From Alphaproteobacteria bacterium (lineage in GTDB: Bacteria > Pseudomonadota > Alphaproteobacteria > ATCC43930 > Allostellaceae): a stretch of 59,439 nucleotides of DNA. Shown piece after piece: positions 48,764 through 58,758 of this stretch; position 1 is the first letter of the stretch; each line of letters starts with the position of its first letter. The notes beneath the pieces were generated by a model. It was not told the origin of the DNA and ran no database searches. It was given only the letters and a program-made list of their open reading frames with translations. Location of the stretch: NCBI GenBank assembly GCA_050187535.1, contig JBFWXJ010000001.1:1-59439 (forward strand), written 5' to 3'. Position numbers and translations under genes: made by a program.

Positions 48764-50782
48764 TTGGCCGCCGGGGTCGGCACGCCTTTCCCGCTGCTGT
48801 TCCAGCCGACGCGGATCGGCGGGCTGGCGCTTCCCAACCGCATCGTCATGGCGGCGATGGAGACCAACCTCGCCGACGCGGACGGATTCGTGACGCCGGC
48901 GCTGCTGGCGCACTACCGCACCCGCGCAGCGGGCGGCCCCGCGATGGTCACCGTCGAATACACCTGCGTGGAAAGCGGGCTCGGCAAGGGTAGTGCCATC
49001 CAACTCGCGATCGACGACGACGCACATATCGAGGGCCATCGCCGCCTCGCATCGGCGATCCGCGCGGAAGGGGCGGCGGCCTGCCTGCAGCTCCACCATG
49101 CGGGCCGCCAGACCAGTCCCCGCTTCATCGGCGGCCGCCGGCCGGTGGCGTCGTCCGAGCACGAATCGCCGATGTTCCGCACGACGCCGCGCGCACTCGA
49201 CGACGCGGAGATCGAGGCGCTGGTCGCCGCCTTCGCCGCCGCCGCGGCGCGCGCGGCCGAGGCCGGCTACGACGCGGTCGAGCTGCATGGCGCCCACGGC
49301 TATCTTCTCGGCCAGTTCCTTTCGCCCTGGACCAACCGGCGCGACGATCGCTGGGGCGGTGACGCGGCGCGGCGCCTCGCCTTCCCGATGCGCGTCACGG
49401 CCGCGGTGAAGGCGGCGATCGGCGCTCGGCCGCTCGTCTGGCGGATGTCCGCGGCCGAGCTGGTGCCGGGCGGCCTGCCGCCCGAGGAAGCCGAGGCGGC
49501 GGCGATCGCCCTGGTCGCGGCGGGGGCGGACGCGATCCACGTCTCGACCGGAGTCGCCGAGCGGCTCGATGCCAATGTCGACCCGATCGCCGCACCGGAA
49601 GGCTGGCGGCTGGTCCATGCGCGGCGCATCCGCCGGGCGCTGGCGGGCCGCGCGCCCGTCATCGCCGTCGGCGTGCTGCGCCGGCCGGAACTGGCGGAGG
49701 CCGCGATCGCCGAGGGCGCGGCCGACCTGGTGGCGCTCGGCCGGGCGCTCCTGGCCGATCCGCAATGGCCGGCCAAGGCGCGGGCCGGCCGCGTCGCGGC
49801 GATCCGCCCCTGCACGTCGTGCAACTGGTGCATCCAGCGTCTCGCGCGACACGAGGGCGTCGGCTGCGCCGAGAACCCCGCCGTCGGCCGCGAGCACGAG
49901 GCGGGGCCGCGGTTCGCAACCGGCCGGCGCGCCGTCGTCGTCGGCGCCGGGCCGGGCGGCATGGCGGGTGCCGTCATGCTGGCCGAAGCCGGCTGGCATG
50001 TGGTGCTGCTGGAGCGGTCCGCACGGCCGGGCGGCGGCCTCGATGTCTCGGCGCGGCCGCCGCTCAAGGACAAGCTCTTCTGGTACCGCGACCATCTCGT
50101 GCGGCGGCTCGGCGAATCGGGTGTCGATCTGCGCTGCGGCGTCGCGGCGGACCTCGCGACGATCCGCGCGGAGCGGCCGGACTTCGTCCTCCTGGCGACC
50201 GGGTCGGCGGAGCGCGATAGCGCGATCCCGGCCGGCGGAATCGCGGTTTCCGCCTTCGATGTGCTGTCCGGCATCCGCCCGCTCGGGCCCGGGCCGATCA
50301 TCGTCTGGGGCGGGGGCGAGACGGGCTGCGAGACGGCCGAGACGGCAGCCGCCGAGGGTTACGGCGTGACGCTTGTCACCCGGTCGCCCGCCTCGCGGCT
50401 GGCGCGCAGCGCGGAGCTGGTCTACCGCCGCACGCTGCTCGCCCGCATCGCCGCCCACCCGCGCATCCGGGTCATGGCGGAGGCGAGCCTGCTGCGGGTC
50501 GAGGGCGATCGGGTGGTCGTCGCCGCGGCGGACGGGACGGAGTCGACGCTCCCTGCGGGCCAGGTGCTGATCGCCCAGGGCCGGCGTCCCGCCGACGGGC
50601 TCGCCGCGGGCCTGTGCGCGGCCGGCATGCCCCATGCAGTGATCGGCGATGCGCGCAGGGGCGGGCGCATCGGGGACGCCGTCGAGGACGCCTGGGCGGC
50701 GGCGAGGTTCGCGACCGGGGCGGTGGCCGCGCTCCCCCCGCCCGTGCTATCGGGCGCCCCGGGGAGCCTGAAGGGGGACTGA
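48764..50782 (+). CDS. NADH:flavin oxidoreductase (old yellow enzyme with Fe-S/FAD domains)
   Basis: LPNRIVMAAM, ELHGAHGYLLGQFLSP..NRRDD.WGG, CTSCNWC, VVGAGPGG; TTG start abutting the moeB stop. Confidence 0.92.
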   Translation: MAAGVGTPFPLLFQPTRIGGLALPNRIVMAAMETNLADADGFVTPALLAHYRTRAAGGPAMVTVEYTCVESGLGKGSAIQLAIDDDAHIEGHRRLASAIRAEGAAACLQLHHAGRQTSPRFIGGRRPVASSEHESPMFRTTPRALDDAEIEALVAAFAAAAARAAEAGYDAVELHGAHGYLLGQFLSPWTNRRDDRWGGDAARRLAFPMRVTAAVKAAIGARPLVWRMSAAELVPGGLPPEEAEAAAIALVAAGADAIHVSTGVAERLDANVDPIAAPEGWRLVHARRIRRALAGRAPVIAVGVLRRPELAEAAIAEGAADLVALGRALLADPQWPAKARAGRVAAIRPCTSCNWCIQRLARHEGVGCAENPAVGREHEAGPRFATGRRAVVVGAGPGGMAGAVMLAEAGWHVVLLERSARPGGGLDVSARPPLKDKLFWYRDHLVRRLGESGVDLRCGVAADLATIRAERPDFVLLATGSAERDSAIPAGGIAVSAFDVLSGIRPLGPGPIIVWGGGETGCETAETAAAEGYGVTLVTRSPASRLARSAELVYRRTLLARIAAHPRIRVMAEASLLRVEGDRVVVAAADGTESTLPAGQVLIAQGRRPADGLAAGLCAAGMPHAVIGDARRGGRIGDAVEDAWAAARFATGAVAALPPPVLSGAPGSLKGD

Positions 50783-50786
50783 GGGG

Positions 50787-50993
50787 ATGAAGAAGGATCC
50801 GCTGACCGAGGACTATGTCCGCGACGTCGCACGCAGCGCCCAGGCCGTGAAGGTAGCCGACACGGACGCCGTCGCCATCGCCCAGGCGATCGGCCCGTTC
50901 AACCGCATCGTCCGCGCCGCGGCCGCCGACCTGCCCTTCGAGGCGGAGCCGGCTTCGCATCTCCTGGCGCTGGCGCCGGAGCGCCGGCCGTGA
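50787..50993 (+). CDS. Small GatC/AtzG-like amidase partner
   Basis: 68 aa, ends LPFEAEPA; overlaps the amidase start. Confidence 0.55.
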   Translation: MKKDPLTEDYVRDVARSAQAVKVADTDAVAIAQAIGPFNRIVRAAAADLPFEAEPASHLLALAPERRP

Positions 50994-52411
50994 GCGAGGC
51001 GAACCTGCTGCATCTCGACCTGGTCGAGCTGGCGGACGCCATCGCCGCCCGGAAGATCTCCGCCGTCGAGGCGACCACGGCCGCCCTCGAGGCGGGGCGG
51101 CGCCTGCAGCCGGACCTCAACCTCTACATCCGCATCGACGAGGAGGACGCGCTGGCGGACGCCGCCGCGGCCGACGCGGCGCTGGCCAGGGGCGATGCGA
51201 CGGGGCCGCTGCACGGCGTGCCGCTCGCCCACAAGGACATGTACTACCGCCGCGGCCGCGTCGTGACCTGCGGCTCCGAGATCCGCCGCAACTGGGTCGC
51301 CGACACTACCGCGACGGCGCTGGAGCGGCTGACGGCGGCGGGCGCCCTCAACCTCGGCACGCTCAACATGGCGGAGTTCGCCATGGGCGGCACCGGCCAC
51401 AACTATCATTTCGGTCACTGCCTCAACCCGTGGAACCCGGCCCATGTGCCGGGCGGCTCGTCCTCGGGCTCGGGTGCCGGCGTGGCGGCGCGGCTCTTCT
51501 GGGGTGCGCTCGGCTCGGACACCGGCGGCTCGATCCGCCTGCCGGCCGCCTTCTGCGGCGTCACCGGCATCAAGCCGACGCAGACCCGCGTCAGCCGTGC
51601 CGGCGCCATGCCGCTCAGCTTTTCGATGGACAATGTCGGGCCGCTCGCCCGCACCGCGCGCGACTGCGCCCGCCTGCTGACCACGATCGCCGGCCACGAC
51701 CCGAAGGACCCGACGTCGAGCCGCGAGGCGGTGCCCGACTACGAGGAAGGGATCGACGCGGGGGCCGCCGGCCTCACCATCGCGATGCCGCGCAACCACT
51801 ATCTCGACAACCTGCACGCCGACGTGCTCGCCGCCTACGAAGCGACGGTCGACCTGTTCCGCCGGCTGGGGGCGGAGATCGTCGAGGTCGACCTGCCCGA
51901 CCACGAGACGATGCTGGCGGCCATCCACGCCGTCATCTCGGTCGAGGCCGCGACCTGCCACGGGCCCTGGCTGCGCCGGCGCCCGCAGGACTACAGCCCC
52001 GCCGTGCGCACCCGCATCGAGCCCGGCCTCTACTACCCCGCCACCCGCTACCTGGAAGCGCTCAACCTACGTGCGCCGACGCTGGAGGCCTTCAAGGCCG
52101 CCGCCTTCGCCAAGGCCGACGCGGTCCTGACGCCCGTCCTGGCGACGCCCGTCCCGACGCTGGCCCAGACCGACGCCCATGTCTCGCCCGAGGCGTCGCG
52201 CGCGGCCGCCTCCGTCGCCCGCAACACGCGACCGGTCAACTACCTGGGCCTGCCCGCGCTGGCCTTCCCGGGCGGCTTCTCGGCCACCAACCTGCCGATC
52301 GGCATGCAGCTCATCGGCCGCCCCTTCGACGAGGCCACCCTCTTGCGCCTCGGCCACGCCTACCAGCGCGAGACGAGCTGGCACCGCCGCCTGCCGCCGC
52401 TGGCGGGGTAG
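50990..52411 (+). CDS. Amidase signature family enzyme
   Basis: GPLHGVPLAHKD, PGGSSSGS, GSDTGGSIRLPA. Confidence 0.95.
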   Translation: MSEANLLHLDLVELADAIAARKISAVEATTAALEAGRRLQPDLNLYIRIDEEDALADAAAADAALARGDATGPLHGVPLAHKDMYYRRGRVVTCGSEIRRNWVADTTATALERLTAAGALNLGTLNMAEFAMGGTGHNYHFGHCLNPWNPAHVPGGSSSGSGAGVAARLFWGALGSDTGGSIRLPAAFCGVTGIKPTQTRVSRAGAMPLSFSMDNVGPLARTARDCARLLTTIAGHDPKDPTSSREAVPDYEEGIDAGAAGLTIAMPRNHYLDNLHADVLAAYEATVDLFRRLGAEIVEVDLPDHETMLAAIHAVISVEAATCHGPWLRRRPQDYSPAVRTRIEPGLYYPATRYLEALNLRAPTLEAFKAAAFAKADAVLTPVLATPVPTLAQTDAHVSPEASRAAASVARNTRPVNYLGLPALAFPGGFSATNLPIGMQLIGRPFDEATLLRLGHAYQRETSWHRRLPPLAG

Positions 52412-52499
52412 GCGAGGTCCGGCGAACTGTCGAGCACGCTGGGCGACTCTCCGCGCGGCGAGTTGATCGATCGGTGTTTCCCGGCAGGTGGAGCGACAC

Positions 52500-53894
52500 C
52501 TACCCCCAAGCTTCCCGCCATGCAGCGAATTCGGACGGCCTGACCTGGTAGCGCGCGAAATTCCCTTCGTGCAGGCTGAGCAGTTCGCCTTCCGCTGTTT
52601 CGCGAAAGCGTTCGCGCTCCGCCGCATCGATGTGCTCGCTCGTCCATGTGGTGATGTGCTTTGCGGTCTGCTTCTTGTCCATGCGTCCGCGAACGACCGC
52701 ACCGACCACCTCGCGTAGCGCCGCCCGGTGCCGCAACCTGAACGGATCGGGTTCGCCGAGGGATTGCCTGACAGCGGCATAACGCGCGGCGGAACGTTCA
52801 TAGGCCCAGATGAACACGTCGCGCAGCAACTCGGTCTTGTTGAGCTCATAGACCCCGAGCATCGCGTCGGTATAGGCGCCGCGCGGCACGCCCTCGAAGG
52901 AGAGTGGCGAGAGATTGCCCTTGATCAGCGGGATGTTCGCGGACAGGCGCGATACCCGCTTGTTCACGTCGTCGAACGGCTGCAGATACGGAAGCTGCAC
53001 CATGACGAAGAATGCCTGCTCGAACGGGTCGGCAATGGCCGCGGCCGTTGCGAGTATCTGGTCGAAGCACTCTTCGATGAGCTGCGGCACTTCGAGCGGA
53101 TGGAAGACCGAACGTTCGATCCCGACGCCGATATGGCGGAGCCTCCCTGCTGCGTCGGGATTTGCAAGCAGGTTGTTCGCAAGCAGTGCGTGCAGGTTGA
53201 GGATGGTATAGCGGTTGAAGCCGATGTCTTCTGCTGAGCCAATGAGGAATTCGATCGCGTCCTTGTGGTTCAGGATCATCTGGGTCTCGAGGCGCTCCTT
53301 TCCCTCCGCCTCCTCGCCAAGATCGATGAGGCGCTTGGTGTCGAGCAGCGAGTAGGTGTTTCCCTCGAGGCGACTCGAATTCCAGGACAGGTCGATCAGC
53401 AGCCTGTTCAGTATCTGCTTCGCGTAGGTGCCGGCGGGCTGTGGTGCAATTGCCGGCGTGCCGATCGCGATCAGGTGCGTGCGCTCCGCCGCCGCCAGAT
53501 AGAAGGTTTCGTTGGGGCGATACGCATCGAGGAAGGCGCGGTTGTATCCGACCGGCTTGCGTGCCTCCGGCGGCCCTCGGACATATGCCTCGATCCGAAT
53601 GCCGGGCTTCGAGAGCGGCAGGACTGCTTCGCCCGTCGCCCGCGCGTCCGGGCGCCCGGCGGCCGTGCCGACCGCTACCTGGACTTGCGGCAACCGGTAG
53701 CGCGCCCAGCGACCCTCGCCTTTCATCACCAAGCGGCTATGATCGACGAGGTGTTTGAGGCGGTATTGCAGCGTGCGGCGCGGCGGCGGCTCTTGCAATA
53801 AATCGGCGATCTGCTGCGCCGTTGCCCCGTCGGGGTGGTGGCGCACCGCTTCCTCCATCGCCCGCAATTCTTCTTCCAGGATACGCCGTACCAC
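52500..53894 (-). CDS. Fic-domain protein with N-terminal HTH and non-canonical motif
   Basis: RRTLQYRL wHTH; SSRLEGN inhibitory-helix motif; YLQPFDDVNKRVSRL in place of HPFxDGNGRxxR. Confidence 0.9.
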   Translation of the reverse strand: MVRRILEEELRAMEEAVRHHPDGATAQQIADLLQEPPPRRTLQYRLKHLVDHSRLVMKGEGRWARYRLPQVQVAVGTAAGRPDARATGEAVLPLSKPGIRIEAYVRGPPEARKPVGYNRAFLDAYRPNETFYLAAAERTHLIAIGTPAIAPQPAGTYAKQILNRLLIDLSWNSSRLEGNTYSLLDTKRLIDLGEEAEGKERLETQMILNHKDAIEFLIGSAEDIGFNRYTILNLHALLANNLLANPDAAGRLRHIGVGIERSVFHPLEVPQLIEECFDQILATAAAIADPFEQAFFVMVQLPYLQPFDDVNKRVSRLSANIPLIKGNLSPLSFEGVPRGAYTDAMLGVYELNKTELLRDVFIWAYERSAARYAAVRQSLGEPDPFRLRHRAALREVVGAVVRGRMDKKQTAKHITTWTSEHIDAAERERFRETAEGELLSLHEGNFARYQVRPSEFAAWREAWG

Positions 53895-53904
53895 GTCGCC
53901 TCTC

Positions 53905-54009
53905 TATCTTGCGCATACGCTATATGCGCAAGATATATATGGTACACGCAGTTTTTAAGTTCAGACGTAACTATTCTGCTCTATGCGCAATCATAGTTGC
54001 GTATAGAGC
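53905..54009. promoter_or_regulatory. Two inverted repeats sharing the half-site TATGCGCAA upstream of fic
   Basis: TATCTTGCGCATA-N5-TATGCGCAAGATA (53905-53935, perfect) and GCTCTATGCGCAA-N6-TTGCGTATAGAGC (53978-54009, 1 mismatch). Confidence 0.7.
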
Positions 54010-54137
54010 CATTACCTGCGCGTAGAAGAGAAGCCACGACGCCGACGCTAAGTCTGCACCACTGCGCAGCCCTCCTTGACGTATCCTTCGTATTTTCTTA
54101 TATTTCCATATTCGCGTATTTTCGTATGGGACGTCAG

Positions 54138-54710
54138 ATGCCCCAGATTGCGATCGACAATGCGACATACGAGCGGCTCCAGCGTCACGCCAAGCCGTTC
54201 GTGGATACCCCGGACACAGTGATCAACCTTGCGCTCGACGCGCTCGATCAATTGTCCAGCCTTCCTACCGCTTCAAACGGGTCGGCAACCGAGTCAGAGC
54301 GCCGAATCGACCCGCGCCTGCTCCCCAGTCTTACACATGCGAAGGTGCTGGACGCATCGATCGACGGAGCGCCGATCCCGAAGGCGAACTGGAACCTGCT
54401 GCTGGATGAGGCTCTACGCCGGGCGATGAGACACTTCGGCAGTTTCGAGGATCTGCGCAAGCTCTGCCCAGTGAACATGGTCAAGGGGCGTAAGGAGGAT
54501 GAAGGTTACAGCTACCTTCCCGACATTGACGTGTCCGTGCAGGGCCAGGATGCAAACGCCGCCTGCCGGACGGTGGTTACGGCAGCACAGGGGCTCGGGA
54601 TCGCGCTCGACATCGGGTTCATGTGGCGCCCCAAGGAAGGAGCAGCACACCCCGGCGAACGGGCGCGAATCCGGATTCCGCCCCGGGCCGGGACCGCTTC
54701 GGGGCGATAG
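54138..54710 (+). CDS. Hypothetical protein with RHH/SeqA-N-like N-terminus
   Basis: MPQIAIDNATYERLQRHAKPFVDTPDTVINLALD is a ribbon-helix-helix pattern, followed by a globular C-domain. Confidence 0.7.
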   Translation: MPQIAIDNATYERLQRHAKPFVDTPDTVINLALDALDQLSSLPTASNGSATESERRIDPRLLPSLTHAKVLDASIDGAPIPKANWNLLLDEALRRAMRHFGSFEDLRKLCPVNMVKGRKEDEGYSYLPDIDVSVQGQDANAACRTVVTAAQGLGIALDIGFMWRPKEGAAHPGERARIRIPPRAGTASGR

Positions 54711-54779
54711 ACGGCGGCATGACGGGTATGACTCGTACAAAGTCCGGTTGACATGCAGCGCCGGGATCAGGCCGGCCTC

Positions 54780-54925
54780 GACCGACCGGCCCGGGTCATT
54801 GAACGTCAGCACCCGATCCCGCACTGTCAGCAACGCGACCCTGTCGGGCCTAGTCACATCCCCACGGCTACCGCCGTCGTAGGCTGTCGCCACCGCCAGC
54901 AGCCAGCGCGTCGCTCAGCATCCCT
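54780..54925 (-). pseudogene. IS630-family transposase N-terminal remnant
   Basis: LLAVATAYDGGSRGDVTRPDRVALLTVRDRVLTFN is a degenerate version of the IS630 HTH 'LLALAAIYDGGSR..AA..GGV.LQ.VRDWV..FN'. Confidence 0.6.
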
Positions 54926-55117
54926 CGACCTCTTCGGGAAGACCCGAAGCGCCGCGTCCTCATGGTTGCGCCGAAGCCGATCGCAGCCGCCGTGGCGAAC
55001 TCGAGATCGTTCGCCGCACTGTATCGAACCCGCCCTCCGGGAGGATCCCCGCGTCAGTCTCTTTGGGCAGGACTTCGTATAAGCCCCACTCGCTGGGGTC
55101 CGATCGACAGCCCCGCC

Positions 55118-56305
55118 TCACGCCACCCCGCCGGCCGTCGCCCGCGCGGCGCGCCTGACGCGGCGGGCGCGGCGGCGGCGCAGCCACATCCACAGGCCGG
55201 TCGCGAAGAGGCCGGCGGGTGCCAGGCCGGCCAGGCACATGAGGATGCGCCCGGCCAGGCCGGCGATCTCGCCAGTGTGGGTCGGCAGGATCCATTCGTG
55301 GAGCACGCGGCCGGCGACCGGGCGCTGCCCGGCACGGGCGACGCGCAGCACCGTGCCCGACCAGCGGTCGAGATGCACCAGGACCGAGCCGTCGGCATAG
55401 TGCTGCTTGCGGTCGTCGGGCAGGCGCAGGCGGACCTGGAAGGCGCCCGTCGGCTGGGTCGGGATCTGCACCGCGGTGGGCGTGCTGTCGATGACGGCCG
55501 CGCGGGCGGCCGCGACCGCGCGGTCGATGCCGACCGGTGCGGCACCCGCGATCGGCTCCGAGCGCGGGGCGCGGGGCGGGGCGGGGGCGTCCAGCACCGC
55601 CTTCAGGGGCGGGCGGACATAGCCCGGGAAGACGAGCACGATGCCCGTCAGTGCGGCCGCCAGCAGCGGCACCGCCATCGCCGCGCCGGTGACACGGTGG
55701 AGGTCGTAGTTGAGCCGCCACGTGCCCTGCCGCCGCTCGACCGCCAGTGCGCGGCGCCACTGGCCGCGGCGCGGCCACCAGAGGAAGAGGCCGCTCAGCC
55801 CGAACAGCACGAGCGCGATGCCGAAGAAGCCGACCGCCGTCTCGCCCGGCCCGTGGTCGCCCAGGAGCAGATGCGCGTGCAGGCCGATGATCCAGCCGAC
55901 CAGCCGGTCCTCGGGCGCGCGGTGCCCGAGCAGCCGTCCGGTGCCAGGGTCGACGAACGCCTCGTGGAAGGGATGGGAGCCCTGCCCGAAGCGGTCCTTC
56001 ATCAGCACCACGGCCGAGCGGTCGGCGTCGACCGGGATGCGCATCGAGAGGAAGCCGGGTGGCCCCCAGGGATGCGCGGTCATGGCAGTGGCCACGATGT
56101 CGTCGAGCGTGGCGTGGCGCCCATCGGCGGCCGGGGTGACGTAGTGCAGCCCCGGATTCAAGAGACGGTCGATCTCGGGATGGAAGACCGAGAGGCTGCC
56201 GGTCAGGCCGACGAATGCGACTGCCACGCCGATCGCCACGCCGAGCCAGCGGTGCAGCAGCGAGACCGCGCGCCGGACGCCGCCGCGCGGTCGCGCCGCC
56301 GCCAT
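55118..56305 (-). CDS. PepSY-associated TM helix protein
   Basis: LHRWLG, LTGSL.VF..EID, VDPGTG, LHAHLL, DLHRVTG; downstream of the TonB receptor. Confidence 0.92.
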   Translation of the reverse strand: MAAARPRGGVRRAVSLLHRWLGVAIGVAVAFVGLTGSLSVFHPEIDRLLNPGLHYVTPAADGRHATLDDIVATAMTAHPWGPPGFLSMRIPVDADRSAVVLMKDRFGQGSHPFHEAFVDPGTGRLLGHRAPEDRLVGWIIGLHAHLLLGDHGPGETAVGFFGIALVLFGLSGLFLWWPRRGQWRRALAVERRQGTWRLNYDLHRVTGAAMAVPLLAAALTGIVLVFPGYVRPPLKAVLDAPAPPRAPRSEPIAGAAPVGIDRAVAAARAAVIDSTPTAVQIPTQPTGAFQVRLRLPDDRKQHYADGSVLVHLDRWSGTVLRVARAGQRPVAGRVLHEWILPTHTGEIAGLAGRILMCLAGLAPAGLFATGLWMWLRRRRARRVRRAARATAGGVA

Positions 56306-58758
56306 CAGAAATTCGCCTGCAGCGAGACGAGGAAGGTGCGAGGCGCACCCGGCATCAGGAACGGCGCCCGCGTCGGGTTCAGGTAGTATTCCTTGTCGAA
56401 GATGTTGTTGACGCTAGCGCGCAGCGTGTAGCCCTCGCCGCGGTAGTAGACGGTGGCGTCGACGCGGGTGTAGCCGCCGACCGTGAAGTCGTTGGCCGCC
56501 GAGCCGAAGCGGTCGTCGACATAGACGAGGCCGCCGCCGAAGCCGAGGCCGGCCAGCGGGCCGTCGCGGAACTCATAGGTCGACCACAGGCTGGCGCTGT
56601 GCTCGGGGATGCCGGCCGGCCGCTTGCCCTGGGTGTTGTTGTTGGCGCGCGTGATCCTGGCGTCGGTGTAGGCGTAGGCGCCGATCACCTTCCAGCCCGG
56701 CACCAGCTCGCCCTGGATGCTGAGCTCGATGCCCTTGCTCTCCTGCTCGCCCTCGGAGACCTGGAAGCCCGGATTGGCGAGGTCGGCGGTGTTCACGTTC
56801 GAGCGCTCGATGCGGTAGGCCGCCAGCGTCGTCGCCAGGCGCCCCTCGAACAGCTCCAGCTTGACGCCCGCCTCGTAGAGGTCGGCGGTCTCGGCCTCCA
56901 GGATCTGGCCGTCGACGGTGAGCGGAAAACCGTTCACCGGCGTGAAGGAGCGCGCGTATGTGGCATAGAGCGAGAGCGGCTGGATCGGCTGCCAGACGAT
57001 GCCGGCGCGCGGGCTGAAGGCGGTGTCGGACTTGTCCGGGATCGCCGCGCCGGCGCTGGTGCGCTTCTGCTCGACATAGTCCAGCCGCCCGCCCAGCACG
57101 AGGGTGAGCTGGTCGGTCAGCGCGATCTGGTCCTGAAGATAGACGCCGGCGAGCCAGCGTTCCGCATCCTGGCGGAAGCGGGAGAAGGCGGCCGTCGGCT
57201 GGTTGTTGCCGTAGACCGGCGCGAACACGTCGATCGGCGAGGCCGCCGCGGAATCGAAGATCGAGACGGTCTTGCGCTGCCCCGCCTCGAGGCCGAGGAG
57301 GAAGCTGTGCTCCATCCCGGCGATCGTCGTCTTGTGGGTGAGGTCGGCCTGGGCGCCCAGGTCCTCGAACTCGAAGGCGCTGTCGATGATGGTGCGGTTC
57401 AGGGTCCGCCCGTCGGCCTGCAGCGCCGCGCCGCGGGTGTACCAGTCGTCGTTGCGGGTGCGCGACCAGAAGACCGACGAGCGGATGTTGGTCGTGTCCG
57501 AGAAGTCGTGGTCGAGGCGCAGGCGGACCTGGTGCTTGCGGCTGCGGTACTCGTCGGTCGGCTCGCCCAGGAACCGGCTGGTCGGCACCCCCGGCAGCGG
57601 CCCGTTGCCGGCGCGCGGGATGCCGACATCGGGCGTCTGGCGGAGGTCGGCGACCTCGCCGTCGAGGATGATGGTGGTGCCGCCCTGGGGCGACCACTGG
57701 AAGGCGGGGGCGACCTGCAGGCGTCGCGACGACACCTCGTCGCGGAAGCTGTCGGCGGTCTCGTTGACCACGTTCAGGCGGTAGGCGAACTGCTTCTCGC
57801 GGTCGAGCGGGCCGGTCAGGTCGACCTGCTGGCGGAAGAGGCTGTTGCTGCCGAAGGTGAGGCGGCCCTCGTAGGCCGGCGTGGTGCGCGGCCGCTTGGT
57901 GACGATGTTGATGGCGCCGCCGGGGTTGCCGCGGCCGTAGAGAACGGATGCCGGCCCCTTGAACACCTCGATCCGCTCGACCTTGTAGGCGTCGAAGTCG
58001 GTGGCGTAGCCGTCGCCGTCGGTGAACTCCGTGCGCAGCGCGCCGTCCTCGTAGAGCGAGGCGGAGAAGCCCCGGGAGAAGAAGGTCGAGCCCTCGCCGC
58101 CGTTGACGTAGACGGCACCCGGCACGTTGCGCAGCGCCTCGTCGATGCGCAGCGCCTGCTGGTCGTCGATGACGGCGCGCGGCACGACGTTGACGCTGGC
58201 CGGCACCTTGGCGATCGGCGTGTCGGTCTTGGTCGCCGTGGTGGCCGAGCGCGCGCGGTAGCTGCCGACGCCCTCGCGCCCCTCGACGGTGACGCCGGGG
58301 ATGGCGACGGCGCCCGACGGCGCCACCGGGATCGGCTCCAGCGTCACCGCGGCGGCACGCAGGAAGCGGTAGGCGAGGCCGGTGCCGCGCAGCATCAGGC
58401 CCAGCGCCTCGGGCACCGTGTAGGTGCCGACGACCGGCTGCGCCATGCGGCCGAAGGGCTGCTCGGCCGTGTAGAGAACCTGAACGCCGGTGACGGCCGA
58501 CAGCTCGGCGATCGCCTGCGGCAGCGGCTTGGCGGCGATGGCGAAGCGGTAGGCCGGCGCCTGTGCCACCTGCATTGCGGCGACCTGGTGCGCCGCCGCG
58601 GCGCGGCCCTGCCGCTCCATCCGGCGCAGCTTGTCCTGCCAGTCCTCGGCCGATGCGGGCGCGGCCGCCAGCACGAGGGCCGACGCACAGGCCAACGAGG
58701 CATGAGCCAGCATCGCCGCCGGCGCATGGCGCGCCCGGCCCCGTTCCATCCGAACCAT
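56305..58758 (-). CDS. TonB-dependent siderophore receptor with N-terminal signalling (STN) domain
   Basis: Signal peptide; FAIAAKPL..AI.ELS..TG STN domain; TATKTDTP, ERIEVFKGPASVLYG plug; NNIFDKEY; C-terminal Phe. Confidence 0.95.
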   Translation of the reverse strand: MVRMERGRARHAPAAMLAHASLACASALVLAAAPASAEDWQDKLRRMERQGRAAAAHQVAAMQVAQAPAYRFAIAAKPLPQAIAELSAVTGVQVLYTAEQPFGRMAQPVVGTYTVPEALGLMLRGTGLAYRFLRAAAVTLEPIPVAPSGAVAIPGVTVEGREGVGSYRARSATTATKTDTPIAKVPASVNVVPRAVIDDQQALRIDEALRNVPGAVYVNGGEGSTFFSRGFSASLYEDGALRTEFTDGDGYATDFDAYKVERIEVFKGPASVLYGRGNPGGAINIVTKRPRTTPAYEGRLTFGSNSLFRQQVDLTGPLDREKQFAYRLNVVNETADSFRDEVSSRRLQVAPAFQWSPQGGTTIILDGEVADLRQTPDVGIPRAGNGPLPGVPTSRFLGEPTDEYRSRKHQVRLRLDHDFSDTTNIRSSVFWSRTRNDDWYTRGAALQADGRTLNRTIIDSAFEFEDLGAQADLTHKTTIAGMEHSFLLGLEAGQRKTVSIFDSAAASPIDVFAPVYGNNQPTAAFSRFRQDAERWLAGVYLQDQIALTDQLTLVLGGRLDYVEQKRTSAGAAIPDKSDTAFSPRAGIVWQPIQPLSLYATYARSFTPVNGFPLTVDGQILEAETADLYEAGVKLELFEGRLATTLAAYRIERSNVNTADLANPGFQVSEGEQESKGIELSIQGELVPGWKVIGAYAYTDARITRANNNTQGKRPAGIPEHSASLWSTYEFRDGPLAGLGFGGGLVYVDDRFGSAANDFTVGGYTRVDATVYYRGEGYTLRASVNNIFDKEYYLNPTRAPFLMPGAPRTFLVSLQANF

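Noticed and set aside
50787-52411. gatC-gatA (Glu/Asp-tRNA amidotransferase)
   Set aside because: No gatB follows, and GatA-specific segments (e.g. SNLARYDG) are absent.
54926-55085. Second IS end next to the IS630 remnant
   Set aside because: Reminiscent of alphaproteobacterial IS termini, but I could not identify an inverted-repeat partner or family.
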